Part shown: positions 26,701 through 38,684 of the stretch, one piece after another
Position numbering within the stretch: the first letter of the stretch is position 1
How the letters are laid out: each line of letters begins with the position of its first letter
Source: Bilabrum cf. latius
Taxonomy: Eukaryota
Assembly (NCBI GenBank): GCA_965178125.1
Contig: OZ237745.1
Span: 992,001-1,056,000, forward strand
Length of the DNA stretch: 64,000 bases
Reading direction: 5' to 3'
Program-made: the position numbers and the translations under genes
Notes under the pieces: generated by a model
Told to the model about the DNA's origin: nothing
What the model saw: the letters and a program-made list of their open reading frames with translations, nothing else
Database searches by the model: none

Positions 26701-29700
26701 TTGGCTGCGTTCGGAATGCGCGACAGCGACTCCAGCAGTCGTTCCATCACGTCATTGGACAACGATCCTGGCTTCGTTGCCGCGAACTTCAGCTGGGACT
26801 TGTATAGCTGGCTCAGGAAAAGCCCATCATCCAAACGGGAGAATGACTGCAGCTTATCCCACACGGTAGAGCTGAGCATCTCGTCTGGGTCACGCATCAG
26901 CGTTCTTCCCATAACATGAAAGATTCTGGCCGCATTGGACATGTCCACTGTCTTGTCAGCCGCCCGCATGCTGGCAATCCGTTCGAACAGGCTGCCATGC
27001 ACTCCATCGCCGTCCAGCAGCTGGATTAAGTACGCCTTGTTGCTTCCGAGGGTCTCTGAGATGTCCCCTACCAGCTATTGGCATGCTTCCTCCCCAGGCA
27101 CAAAGAGCTTTGCGAGCTCGTCCGACACTTGCTTCAGGTGCACGCTATCGGTTGCACCGCCTGGGAAGGCATCTGTCACGCGAAACAAAAGAGCCAGCTG
27201 GTCTCTGCTTGCTGACTCGGACTTGAGCATCGGATCCACCATCGCATCCTTGATGCCTTTGGCGAGGTCGAGCTTCTTGCCCAGCTCAAGGGCAGCGCTA
27301 TCCCCCTTGGCGAGCGCTTTAGCCACCCCATCGAGCACACCCTGCCTTCGCAGGAAGCCCATCGCCACGCTGCGCTTCGTCGCCTCCTGTCCGGCTATGT
27401 GGCCAAGGGCATTCGGAATGACCGCGGCATAGACCGCATCCGCTGCTGCTCGCTACGCAGCATCATTGACAGCAGTGCCCTTGGCCACACCCACCACCGC
27501 GTCCACCACTGACTGACTCCCCGACACCGACGCCAGCCCCTGCAGAAGTTGATCGGGCTTCTCTTTAGCGACCCGGTGCAGCATCTGCAGGTAGCCCTCG
27601 CTGCCCATGCTCTTCCGCAGATCGTCCCAGCCGGCCAGGCTAGACAGCTGTTTCTTCATCTCGGGTGTGTCGAAGTTGCTCACGGCCTCTGCCACTTTCT
27701 GCTCGACGTACTTGGCCTTCTCCGCCGGATCCGTGATCTTCATGAGGGCATCGTCCAGGTCCGTCTCGTCCAGGCTATCAAGGAGATTCTTGCCCTCACC
27801 ATCTACGGATCCGGGCTCAATGTCCTCCGCGTCCAGGCTATCCAGGAGATTCTTGCCCTCACCATCTACGGATCCGGGCTCAATGTCCTCCGCGTCCAGG
27901 CTATCCAGGAGATTCTTGCCCTCGCCATCTCCCGACGACTACGCAATGCTACCAACCTCATCCGACTCGCCAGCACTAGCATCTACTCCAGGCCCCTTGG
28001 CACCCGACACGTCACCCACTTCGTCCACGGCGCTCACATCCTTCGAGCCCTTCGACAATCCTGCTTTCTGGCCCTTCCCGTATTTCTCGTACTGCTTCTG
28101 GGGGATCCACGTCGACTCTATATCTTGGGCCATAGCTCTAAGCTGGTCTACGGCTTCGTCCGAGATACTGTCCGGATCGAAGGCCATCGCGTGGCCAGGC
28201 TTGTTATAGATCACCACGGGCTTCTTGCCATCGACCCTTGGGTTGGTGTAATGCTGCACGGGAGCCGTTTTCATGTCCCAATCCGCCTTATCATTGACGT
28301 AGATAATCGGCCGATCCAGTGCTTCCACCATGGCTTCGTTAACTTCGTTCACGCTTGCATACATGCCCTCCCTGTCCCCGGTGAGCATGTACGACGCAGC
28401 ATCGCCTCCCGACAAACTAGCATCCTTACTTGTGCTTATCTGAATGTCCATGTCTTTGAGCTTCTCCCCGAACTTGCGGCGAAGGCTCGCGGCGTCCTTG
28501 ATCTCGGGCGTCTGCCGCAGCACGCTGTCGAAGTAGCAGTTGCCGCGGCCGCGCACCTCCTCGACGCGCAGCTTTTCTACCACACTCTTCAGCTTCTTGC
28601 CCTGCGCATCCCCCAACAGCTTCGCGGCCTGGTCCATCGATGATTGCATGCTTTTCGTGTTCGCGATGTCGTGCACCATCTGCCACCTCGTCTGCGCCAA
28701 GCGCCCCAGGATGCGGTCGGTCTGCCCGTTCGTCAGGCACAGGGGGTCGCTCGGGTCAAACAGCCGGTCCAGGGTCTTGATGTCCATCTTCGCCGCACTG
28801 CCGATCTTGCCCGTCTCTGCCGAAAGTGGTGGCTGAGGGCGGGCGAGCACGTACTCAGCCTGCTGCTGCGTCATAGCGCCGCGAGACCGGCTGTGGGCCA
28901 CCACAGCATCGTCGATGGCCCGGTCCATGTTGGCCAGCGCGGTAGCGTCCTTTGGTGCCACGCCTCCGTGCGCCTTCGTGGTCCAAAGGTCCAGCCTGGT
29001 CATCTTCTCGTCCAGCTGGTTCTTCTTCAGGTATGAAGCCAGCAGGTCCGAGGACCGCATGGCCCCTATGAAATCGTCGTCTTGCAGCAGCTTGGACGCA
29101 AGTTCTTCGGCGACCATGCTATCGGGGCCCACCAGCCCAAGGTCCCGCTTCGCCTTCGTCCTCATCAGCTGAACGGGATCCGCCAGAGACGTGAGCAGCT
29201 CCGCCTCGTCCTTCTTGCCCACCAGCTGGCACAACTCATCGCTGAAGCGGAACGACGAAGGCATGCTGTCGTAGTGCTCCAGGCCCTGCTACGCCAACGC
29301 AGTGAGAGAGCCATCCTTGGTCACCAGCTCCTTGCGTGTCATGAGGGCGGGGTTCTTGGGGGCCGAGTCGTCCACCCTCTTGACGGTCCCGTCCTTGATT
29401 CCTTCCTTGAGCCTGTCGATCTGCTCCTTCAAGACAGAGTCCGAGAAGACGCTCTCCGATACACTCGACCCATCGGCCTTCTTGGACAAGTGCAGCACCG
29501 GGTGGTCAGCGGGAATGAGAGCCTTGTACTCCTCCACGAGATCCGAGGCCGCAACCTCGGGATTAGCGGTCACGCGATCCACCACGAGATTGATCTGCTT
29601 CTGCCGGAAGGCCAGCGAGTCCAGCTCTGACTGGGGCAGCACGGGGCGACGGGACACTAGCTTGCCTGCTACCTACTCTCTTGCACCCTTTGGCAGGCCC

Positions 29701-32700
29701 TCCAGGACGTCAAGAACGTCATGCGAGTCCATGCCTTTGATTAGTCCCCCATGCCTGCTTGACGAAAACACATCCCTTACCTCGAACGTGGGAAAGTACC
29801 CGCCAACAAAGTCCTGCTCCACACCCTTGCGGAGAGCCCGGCGACACTCCATCACCTCATCCGATGCCCCCGCCCACTTCTTCGTCGACAGCCCCGAAAG
29901 CGCCTTTGACTTGGGACTCTGGCCCTTGATCTGTTTTGCCGGCAGGGCGGACTTCTTGTCCGAACCGGCACGCTTCATTCCATCCACTATGCCCTGGCGC
30001 AGTTCTTCGCTCTCGACCGCCTGTGGCATGATGTCAATGTCGCGGTACCGGTCCACGCCAGTGTGCAAGGCAGAATCGTCCCACGCCTGGCTCAGCTCAT
30101 CGATATCGATATCACCCGCTTCAGACATGGTGCGCTCACTGGCCACAATCCCAATGGAGTCTGTATCCGCGTTGTGCGCATGGAACAGACGCTCAGATAT
30201 ATCTTTCCCCACGGCTTCCTCCAAGTCGCCTCCACCACCCCCAACTGCCCGCCGCACAAGGAGCTCCACCTCATCGTCAGTCATCATCACTAAAGTAGCA
30301 GCCGACTGTTGCTGCTCTTTGGCCCACTTGCCCTTGCCCGTCATCCACCAGAACCAGCTGTCTGCCTTCATCGCGTCACGATACATGCCACGCCGGCTGG
30401 CATCTAGCATGACGTCCAGATGCACCTGTGGGCTGGCCTTGACAGTCTTGCGCCAGGCCTGCAGCCACTTCTTGCGGGCGCTCTTGGTAGCCGCCCCGGA
30501 CCGCTCCAGCACGTCAGTCAAGTACCCCCCGCCATTGCGTCCCATCATGGCCTCCAGCACCGCCACCCGAGTCCTCGCTTTGCCCAATGACAAGCCGGGC
30601 AGCTCTCGCTTGATATTCTCAATCACCGTGAGGGCGGCGTTCCGCACGTGCTCTGACGTCTGGGTGCCCTTGGCCAGCAGCTTGTCCATCTCGGGCTTGG
30701 CTGCGTCTGGAATGCGCGACAGCGACTCCAACAGTCGTTCCGTGACGCCATGAGGCAACGATCCTGGCTTCGTTGCCGCGAACTTCAGCTGGGACTTGTA
30801 CAGCTGGCTCAGGAGCCGCCCATCATCCAAACGGGAGAATGACTGCAGCTTACTCCACACGGTAGAGTCGAGCATCTACATTGGGTTACGCATCAGCGTT
30901 CTTCCCATATCATGAAAGATTCTGGCCGCATTGGACATGTCCACTGTCTTGTCAGCCGCCCGCATACTGGCAATCCGTTCGAACAGGCTGCCATGCACTC
31001 CGTCGCCGTCCAGCAGCTGAATTAAGTACGCATTATCGCGTCCAACAGTCCCCGAGATGTCCCGTACCAGCTATTGGCTTGCCTTCTACCCAGGCACAAA
31101 GAGCTTTGCGAGCTCGTCCGACACTTGCTTCAGGTGCACGCTGTCGGTGGCACCGCCTGGGAAGGCATCCGTCACGCGGAACAGCAGAGCCAGCTGGTCT
31201 CTGCTTGCCGTCTGGGACTTGAGCATCGGATCCACCATCGCATCCTTGATGCCTTTGGCGAGGTCGAGCTTCTTGCCCAGCTCAAGGGCAGCGCTATCCC
31301 CCTTGGCGAGCGCTTTAGCCACCCCATCGAGCACACCCTTCCTTCGCAGGAAGCCCATCGCCACGCTGCGCTTCGTCGCCTCCTGTCCGGCTATGTGGCC
31401 AAGGGCATTCGGAATGACCGCGGCATAGACCGCATCCGCTGCTGCTCGCTACGCAGCATCATTGACAGCAGTGCCCTTGGCCACACCCACCACCGCGTCC
31501 ACCACTGACTGACTCCCCGACACCGACGCCAGCCCCTGCAGAAGTTGATCGGGCTTCTCTTTACCAACACGGTGCAGCATCTGCAGGTAGCCCTCGCTGC
31601 CCATGCTCTTCCGCAGATCGTCCCAGCCGGCCAGGCTAGACAGCTGTTTCTTCATCTCGGGTGTGTCGAAGTTGCTCACGGCCTCTGCCACTTTCTGCTC
31701 GACGTACTTGGCCTTCTCCGCCGGATCCGTGATCTTCATGAGGGCATCGTCCAGGTCCGTCTCGTCCAGGCTATCAAGGAGATTCTTGCCCTCACCATCT
31801 ACGGATCCGGGCTCAATGTCCTCCGCGTCCAGGCTATCCAGGAGACTCTTGCTCTGGCCATCTACAGATTCGGGGTCCTCCGCGTCCAGGCTATCCAGGA
31901 GATTCTTGCCCTCGCCATCCCTGCCAGTCGCGGCAGTGTCGCCTTTTCTCGCGGTGAAGTCATCGATGTGGGAGGACCAGTCTTTGGCCCCATCATCCAG
32001 TTTCTTCATCGAGCTGGTTAAGGCATTATCTGCCTCGAGGATATTCGCATTTGAGCGCTTCAAGACCACAGCCAAGCCTTCGTCCAGTCCACCAGCAGCT
32101 TCTAGGATAGACTCCTTGGCGCCCGTTCGAATGGCCAAACCCTTAACGCTACTCGTTGCGGCCCGCTTTACGGCAGCCGGGATGGTCTTCTCCAGAGCCT
32201 CCTGCGTGACCTCCCTCCCCACAATCTTGGCGAGGGCCTGGTCCCCCCCGTATCGCAGCAGAAGATCAATGCCCCTGATGACATCGGGAATGTCCATGAT
32301 GACCGACTTGAGCCATCCGAACGCCTCCTTTGCCAGGTATCCTGTGAGCTTAAATGGCGCCTTGATGATCCACCACATGGCCTTTAATGTAACCGTCAGA
32401 ATCTTTACCATCCCGAAAGCCACAGTCTACAGAGACTTGCCCAGGGCTTTGCCGAAAGCGCGCGCGTTCATCTTGACACCCCTGGCAAAGACGGCCTTGA
32501 TCGAGGTTTTCCACGCTGCTATCTTCTTGCCAGCCTTGACAGTAAGCTGCTTGAGCCCTCCCTTCAACGCAACAAACCCCTTCTTCCCCATGGCAATCAG
32601 CCGTATTCCTATATCCTTGGTGTCCTTCAGCAGGCCGCGGAGGCCCACCCGCTTCAGGTACTTGGCAGTCTTGACCATGGCCATGGGCAAGGCTAACCCC

Positions 32701-35665
32701 AACTTCGCCAGCCCTTTGATAGACGCGGCGCCTAGCTTGTATGCGCCAACCACGAGAGACTTGCCCGCCAGAAAGGCAGCCTTGACGCTGGCCTTGATGG
32801 CATTCTTGGCAAACGCCACTGCTGCCTTGGCCCCTTGCTAGGCGGCGATCTTTGCGATTGCCCACGTGCCTCCAGTAAAGATGCTCATTACAAGATCCAT
32901 CACGAGCTCAGTAATTAATTGCTTCCAAAATTTGGCTTTCTGCATGAATGTGTCGCCGGTCCGTGGGTCGAAGCGCGTCCAGCCGTCGCCATACAAGTTG
33001 GTGGTGGACAGGATAGCCTTCGGCCACTCATCGCTCTACGCATGCCAATTTCCCGTGTTGGTCCTGAAGAGCGGGATCAAGCCCTTTGCCAACAGCACCA
33101 AGTTACCATCCCCTTGTAGCACGAGCTTCCACCTGTCGAACTCCATGCACCCAGCCTCCACAAGGTCCGTCTCGGGATTGAACGAGTCGGCAAACATCCC
33201 CCTCGAAAGCGTGTCCCCCAGCCCCGTGACAAGAGGGGAGAAGATCCTGTCCATCAGGGAAATCGAGTCCGGTTGGACTTGGGTCGTGTACAGCTTGAGG
33301 CTGTCAACGAACCAGAGGATCTTTCCTCTGCCGTCCACGATCGCCAGCTCGGCTAGCGACGTCATCACGAAGGCGTAGGGTCCCTTCTACCCCTTGTTGC
33401 GCTCTTTGACCTGCTCTTTGTCCTCGTGGAAGTAGCCACCGTGCGTGAAGCTCTCCCAGATGGCCTTGCCCCTCCCAAGGCCGATGACTAGGTTGCCATC
33501 GGCCTGCATGGTCATCCTTCCCAGGGACACCTCGAGTGACTTGCCTTCACGCAGCACCTGTCCTGGGCGCATCTCGGATGCTCCTTCTGGCACCTCCTTA
33601 CAGTTCTCCAGCATATCAGCGGAGCAGAGGGCGTGGAATGGATCGTCAAGCCTAGCCCTCCAGCGGCTGAACATGTGGCCCTTCGGACCAGGCCTCGGCT
33701 TGTCGTCATCTGGGGTGGTCAGAGTGGACCACACCAGCGAGTCGTCGCCAGACGTCACGAGAAGCGCCGCAGAATTCTCCGAGCAGGGGTCGAATGTTGC
33801 CTGAGGATGCTTACGGTACACGGCCAGGTTCACCTGTGAATCGTCCCAGTCCTCGAGCCCAGGCATTCGCTTGACGGCCGCCACCACGGCGCACTGGATA
33901 GGGCCTGCATTCCCGGTGCTCACCCTCCAAATGGCCCTGGCATCTCCATCCACCAGCTCCAGGTCCCCGCCACTCGACAGCAAGAGAGTGTAGGGGCCGT
34001 TCCGCTTGGATTGATCCTACACGTTGGTGTCAGACGACCACAGCGCGGCCCACCCCACTCCATCAAGCTCCCCCAGCAAGTCCCTGCCCTCGTCACCCCT
34101 GCACTTGCAGATTATCCCTGGCTTGCGACAGTCGTAAGCCCCTCCGGGGATGGACATTTCGCTTTTATAGAACTTGTCCTCGTCCTCGTCAAACCACGCC
34201 TCGCATGACGTCTGCCGGTAGTACAGCACGAGGTTGCCGTCCTCCTGCACAGACACGCGTCCCTCGACCGCATTGAGGTATGGCTTCCCCTTGCGGACGG
34301 GAAGCGTAATGTCCTCCCCCGCGAGCCCGCCCCCAGCCCATCCCGCAAAGTTGAAGATGCCCTGGAGGAGGTTCCCATGCACCGTCATGGTCAGCAGCTT
34401 GTTCCCCAAGGAGCCGCCCTCTCGGAGAAACTAGCCGGGGCGCAGCACCCCGCCCCCGCTCTCCGCCTCCGTGCAGGCCATCACATCTCCGGCACCGCAA
34501 TACCGTACACCCCGTGACCGGAACACCTGGTCCACCATGTAGGTGGTCGAGAAGAAATCGGACTTGTAGTCGCGTCGCATCTGGGCGTATCGCCACCAGC
34601 CGTTCATATCCTTTTCTTCCTCGGCCCAACTCCCCGCATCCGCGTCGCCGAAGTCGCCCAGATCCATGAGCAGCTGCAGCCACTCATGGGGCACTCGTGT
34701 CCCCGTCTCCCACACGGGCTCGATGCCCAGGCTTCCGGACCTGACCACCAGATTCCCGTCGGCGCGCAGATCCAGCTGCAGGTCCTCAGGGGTTGCTCCC
34801 TCGACCCCACCCAAGTAAGCAAAGCTGCGGCTCCAAAGGACCTGCAGGCGGCCCTCCTTGGAAGCGGTGGCCAGGGCCTGGATCCGCTCCTTCGGGTGGG
34901 TCACGAACGACGCAAGCTTGGCATGCACTCTTTGATCGGAAAAGTTGTCGATGCTACAGCCTCCCTCCGGCAAGGCCACGGCTAGGATAAGATCGCCAGC
35001 TTCTGTAAATACAAGTCCCACATCGCTTGGCGCACAAAAGCTCCCGAGGCTGCGCTCGAGGTCTGCAGTCCAGAACGGCCTCAAATCGGCCGTCCCCTTC
35101 TTTCCCTGGGATGGTGAAGAGAGAGGGTGGGGATACGGTCCACGGATATGTAGCAACGTAGCAACGTTTTCTAGTGCTGGGTTTCATCGTGGGTTGCTCT
35201 CACTTCCAGAAGCTGGAGCTGTCCTTCGAAATTGACGATGAGACGAATGACAAATTCGTTGGACTGTCCAAACGAAAATAGTGGGATCCCCAGCGGACCC
35301 CTAACTATATTATCAGAAATGTACTAGCTAGACCGCTGCAGTACCTGCCCAGCGAGTAGCACCTGGCCGGGATAGAGTTGATGCCCCTCTGAGCCACCTC
35401 CCCCGGCGGCGTCGCACAGCTCCAGGGCGGCGAGCGAGCATCCGTCTGCATCACTTCCATCCATTTGGACAAATGATCCATGGTGGCTTTTGCCTGTCTG
35501 CCCACGGAGCCGCCTTCGCAGGTTAGAGGACAGAGCTGCTCTGCTCACGCTGGCTATTTCTTTGTGGGGCTCTATCACTGCTTGATCAGAGGGACCAATC
35601 TGCAGTCCATCCGCTGCATAGACAACAGCTACAACTGACAAGATAATCTATGGGATCTTGAGCAT
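16677..35665 (-). CDS. Giant secreted bulb-lectin / triple OTU-like protein, copy B (~6,296 aa, 2 exons: 35665-35204, 35105-16677)
   Basis: About 30 minus-strand ORF fragments from 34431 down to 16677 share one frame, and the breaks inspected are TAG. ATG at 35665 gives MLKIP(TAG)IILSVVAVVYA; the stop is TGA at 16679-16677. The spliced length of 18,891 nt is a multiple of 3. Same termini as copy A, with three internal modules instead of one. Confidence 0.82.
20150..31950 (-). repeat. Three tandem intragenic modules (~3.9-4.0 kb each) in giant gene B
   Basis: Equivalent codons at 29289, 25293 and 21384 (spacing 3996 and 3909 bp). Each module carries ARKKWLQAWRKTVKASP, WFWWLTGKGKW, RKGVEQDFVGGYFPTFEVRDV-like segments and the VRGRGNCYFDSV OTU-like motif. 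Confidence 0.9.
27768..27930 (-). repeat. 63-bp coding tandem repeat (GEGKNLLDSLDAEDIEPGSVD), ~3 copies; similar array at ~31760-31920
   Basis: gtccaggctatc recurs at 27768, 27831 and 27894. Single related units lie at ~23885-23935 and ~7117-7170. Confidence 0.85.
35106..35203 (-). other. Spliceosomal intron (98 nt) in giant gene B
   Basis: GAA|GTGAGA...CATCCCAG|GGA; removal reconciles the two different frames of the flanking ORFs. Confidence 0.8.
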
Positions 35666-35721
35666 CACTATGTAGCAAAGATACGTCGTGAGTGACTCGT
35701 AACGCCATGATGAAATTCATC

Positions 35722-37883
35722 TGCAATCACTTCTAGTTATACCTCATTCTAGCGCACTTAAGTGCACGTAACTATACCGGATCGCCGTCCCGGGCCCTCG
35801 TTCCAGATGTTTCTTCGTGATAGCGTGCGCTTTTGAGTTGAGTCCACAAAATATCAGATCCCCCCCCGCCGGATCGCTGCTAGCCTTGATTGGCTCGGCC
35901 ACATGCGGGCCTCATGCTGGCTCGACTCGATAGCCTCGCAGTGCAGCTGATCGCCGGATCGCTGCCTGCCTTGATTGGCTCGGCCACATACTGGCCTTGC
36001 GCTGTTTGACCCGAGAGCCTCGCAGTGCAGCTGATCGCCGGATCGCTGCTAGCCTTGATTGGCTTGGCCACATACTGGCCTCGCAGAGCAGATGTTCGCT
36101 CTCTGCCTTGATTCGCAGAGCAGATGTTCGCTGCCTGCCTTGATTGGCTCGGCCACATACTGGCCTTGAGAGCAGATGTTCGCTGCCTGCCTTGATTCGC
36201 AGAGCAGATGTTCGCTGCTAGCCTTGATTGGCTCGGCCACATACTAGCCTCGTGCTGGCTCGGCTCGATAGCCTCGCAGTGCAGCTGATCGCCGGATCGC
36301 TGCCTGCCCTGCTTGCCTCGGCCACAAACTGGCCTCGTGCTGGCTCGGCTTGAGAGCCTCGCAGTGCAGCTGATCGCCGGATCGCTGCTAGCCTTGATTG
36401 GCTCGGCCACATACTGGCCTCATGCTGGCTCGACTCGACAGCCTTGATTGGCTCGGGTGCGGAACGCGGCTCTTCGCCTGTTCACGTCAGCGAAACCAGC
36501 CGCATCGGCAGGGCCAACACCAATGACCCCAGCCTCGCGCACGGCATCTGAGACCAACCAGCCCTGCACCGCGACGGTAGCCAGCGGTCACGCGCCACAC
36601 GACCAGGCCCCACCCCAGGTCCCAGCACCGGCGGGGGACGTGCCGCGCAGATCCCTACGGCTGGCCGGCCTACTTCCCTACGGATGGGCCACCATGGAGG
36701 CTGGCGCAAAGCGCCCCCCAACGCACCTGGCACTCTTAGGTGAGCATGTTGCATTGAAGAAACAACACGACTTTTAAGTTATTCCAGCGATAGGTTCTCG
36801 AATACGTGCTGTACTGCAACATACGACCATGGTGGAAACTACCACCGGGGATTAGGGTCGACATCGAGTCACCCCTACATCCCCACACTGCGTAGCTCGC
36901 TACGCTCGGCTACCTTACCATGCGACCGTAGAGGACAGCCGGACTCCTACCCTACCTGGGCAGGGAAAACACCCTGTGGAGTCCGCCGCCTACACCTCGC
37001 GCCTATCACGGCACGCATGCTGGACCGAACACATAGTGCATAAGACCACAAGGGCTGCACGCACACTGCACAACTAAACACACACATCCCAGTCTGGCCT
37101 CCCTTGACAAGCCAAGTTGGCAAAGCCCAAGGCCACGCTGACAGACCCCGAAGGGCAGTCAGCATGGCCGTTGCGGGCCTGCAAGGGGGGCCATCAAACA
37201 AGACTACCCCCTGGGATGATGGGTGGAGGTGGGAAACCACCACCACCTTGTGTAGTAAACAAGTGCAACCTAGAATGTGCAATCACTTCTAGTTATACCT
37301 CATTCTAGCGCACTTAAGTGCACGTAACTATACCGGGGAGCTAGGCTGGGGGCCTGTGGGGGACCACACTGATGGCGGAAAATGGGAACTCGGCGGCATA
37401 GGCTGAGAACGGGGGGCCTTTGGCCTGAAAGGGTCGGGGGTCTTGTAGTCCTTTGTTTTTAGGGCTCCTCTGGATCTAGGTGATCACCCAAACCCCCTCG
37501 GGGGCGACGGTGCATCTGGGTGTTTATGGAATCTTTACCCAACAATGTATTTCTGTGTATTTCTGTATTTCGGCTCACCGGCACTCACAAATAATAGCAA
37601 AGAAGCATACAATAGTACCAAGTGAGAGCTTCCTAGCAAGACAATTGGACCAGATCAGTTGATCTAATCCGCCCACCATCCCAGCCTGCGCCGGATCATG
37701 CCGGCGCGGCAACCCCTGTCCCCCCCACAAGCCCAAGGCCACGCTGACAGACCCCGAAGGGCAGTCAGCATGGCCGTTGCGGGCCTGCAAGGGGGGCCAT
37801 CAAACAAGACTACCCCCTGGGATGATGGGTGGAGGTGGGAAACCACCACCACCTTGTGTAGTAAACAAGTGCAACCTAGAATG
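35722..37883 (-). mobile_element. Putative non-autonomous split-direct-repeat element (Ngaro/PAT-like arrangement)
   Basis: 155-bp repeat A at 37729-37883 and 37123-37277; 59-bp repeat B at 37278-37336 and 35722-35780. On the minus strand the order is A1...B1A2...B2 with B1 and A2 exactly abutting. No RT or recombinase ORF is seen. Confidence 0.45.
35866..36454. repeat. Complex minisatellite
   Basis: Shuffled sub-units gccggatcgctgc(t/c), gccttgattggctcggccacatactggcct, gcctcgcagtgcagctgatc and gagagcagatgttcgct repeated many times. Confidence 0.9.
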
Positions 37884-37886
37884 ACG

Positions 37887-38641
37887 TCCCCCGCCACCCA
37901 GTGGCGCCGCAGCGGAACCTTGGGCTGTAGCGGAGAGCGCCCCTGCCCGAGCCAAACTTTCGGCTCGGGCACGGGACAACTTTGCCCAAGCCGAATAATT
38001 TTATATTTAAACTGGGTTTGCCGCGATTTCAGCGATCGCGCCCAAGCGAAAAGTTAGGCTCGGGCGCCAAGCACCTGCGCCCGAGCCGAACGATGGGCTC
38101 GGGCAGGGGCGCCCACCGCCCGAGCCTAGGGTTTTCTTTTTTTATGGTCGGGCACGGATATTCTGGTAGATGGGGCTGGCATCGCCACCGGCGTGCAGTT
38201 CGACCACCCGAGCACTGGTCGGAGGCTTCCCGGCATGATGATCCTGCTGCCAGAACAATGTACAGAAACACACGCAATTCAAGCAGTACTTGGCTTGATG
38301 AATCAAACCTTCTTCTGAGGGCGCGACTCCTCCTCGTTGGGCGCGAAAGCCGTGCCCTGTCCGTCGGCCTTGGCCTTGCGACTGCGCTTGCTGCTGATCC
38401 TGCGCTGGGCTGCCCCACCCTGGCCGCGCCGCGGCTTCCGCACTAGCCCATCACCACCAGGGCCAACTCTCTCCGCTACGACATCGCCGCTCAAACGAGA
38501 CACACCCTGGCCGACGCCGGGCCAATAGCTACTCTTTCTGTCCACCATCCTGCCCCCTACTCCCCCGGCGGCCAGCCCAGGGATGCCCCAGAGATCGCCA
38601 TCCAGGACCAGGCCGTCCCGCCTGCCACCACGATGCTGCCC

Positions 38642-38684
<43 letters not shown>

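Noticed and set aside
3373-35665. Giant genes as pseudogenes riddled with nonsense mutations
   Set aside because: All interruptions checked are TAG, there are no frameshifts over 11 and 19 kb, and housekeeping genes in the window show the same pattern.
35722-35780. Helitron 3' end (hairpin plus CTAG)
   Set aside because: The spacing and flanking base do not fit an A/T insertion site, and the sequence is better explained as repeat B of the split-repeat structure.
35866-36454. CRISPR array
   Set aside because: There are no unique spacers, the sub-units are shuffled repeats, no cas genes are present and the context is eukaryotic.
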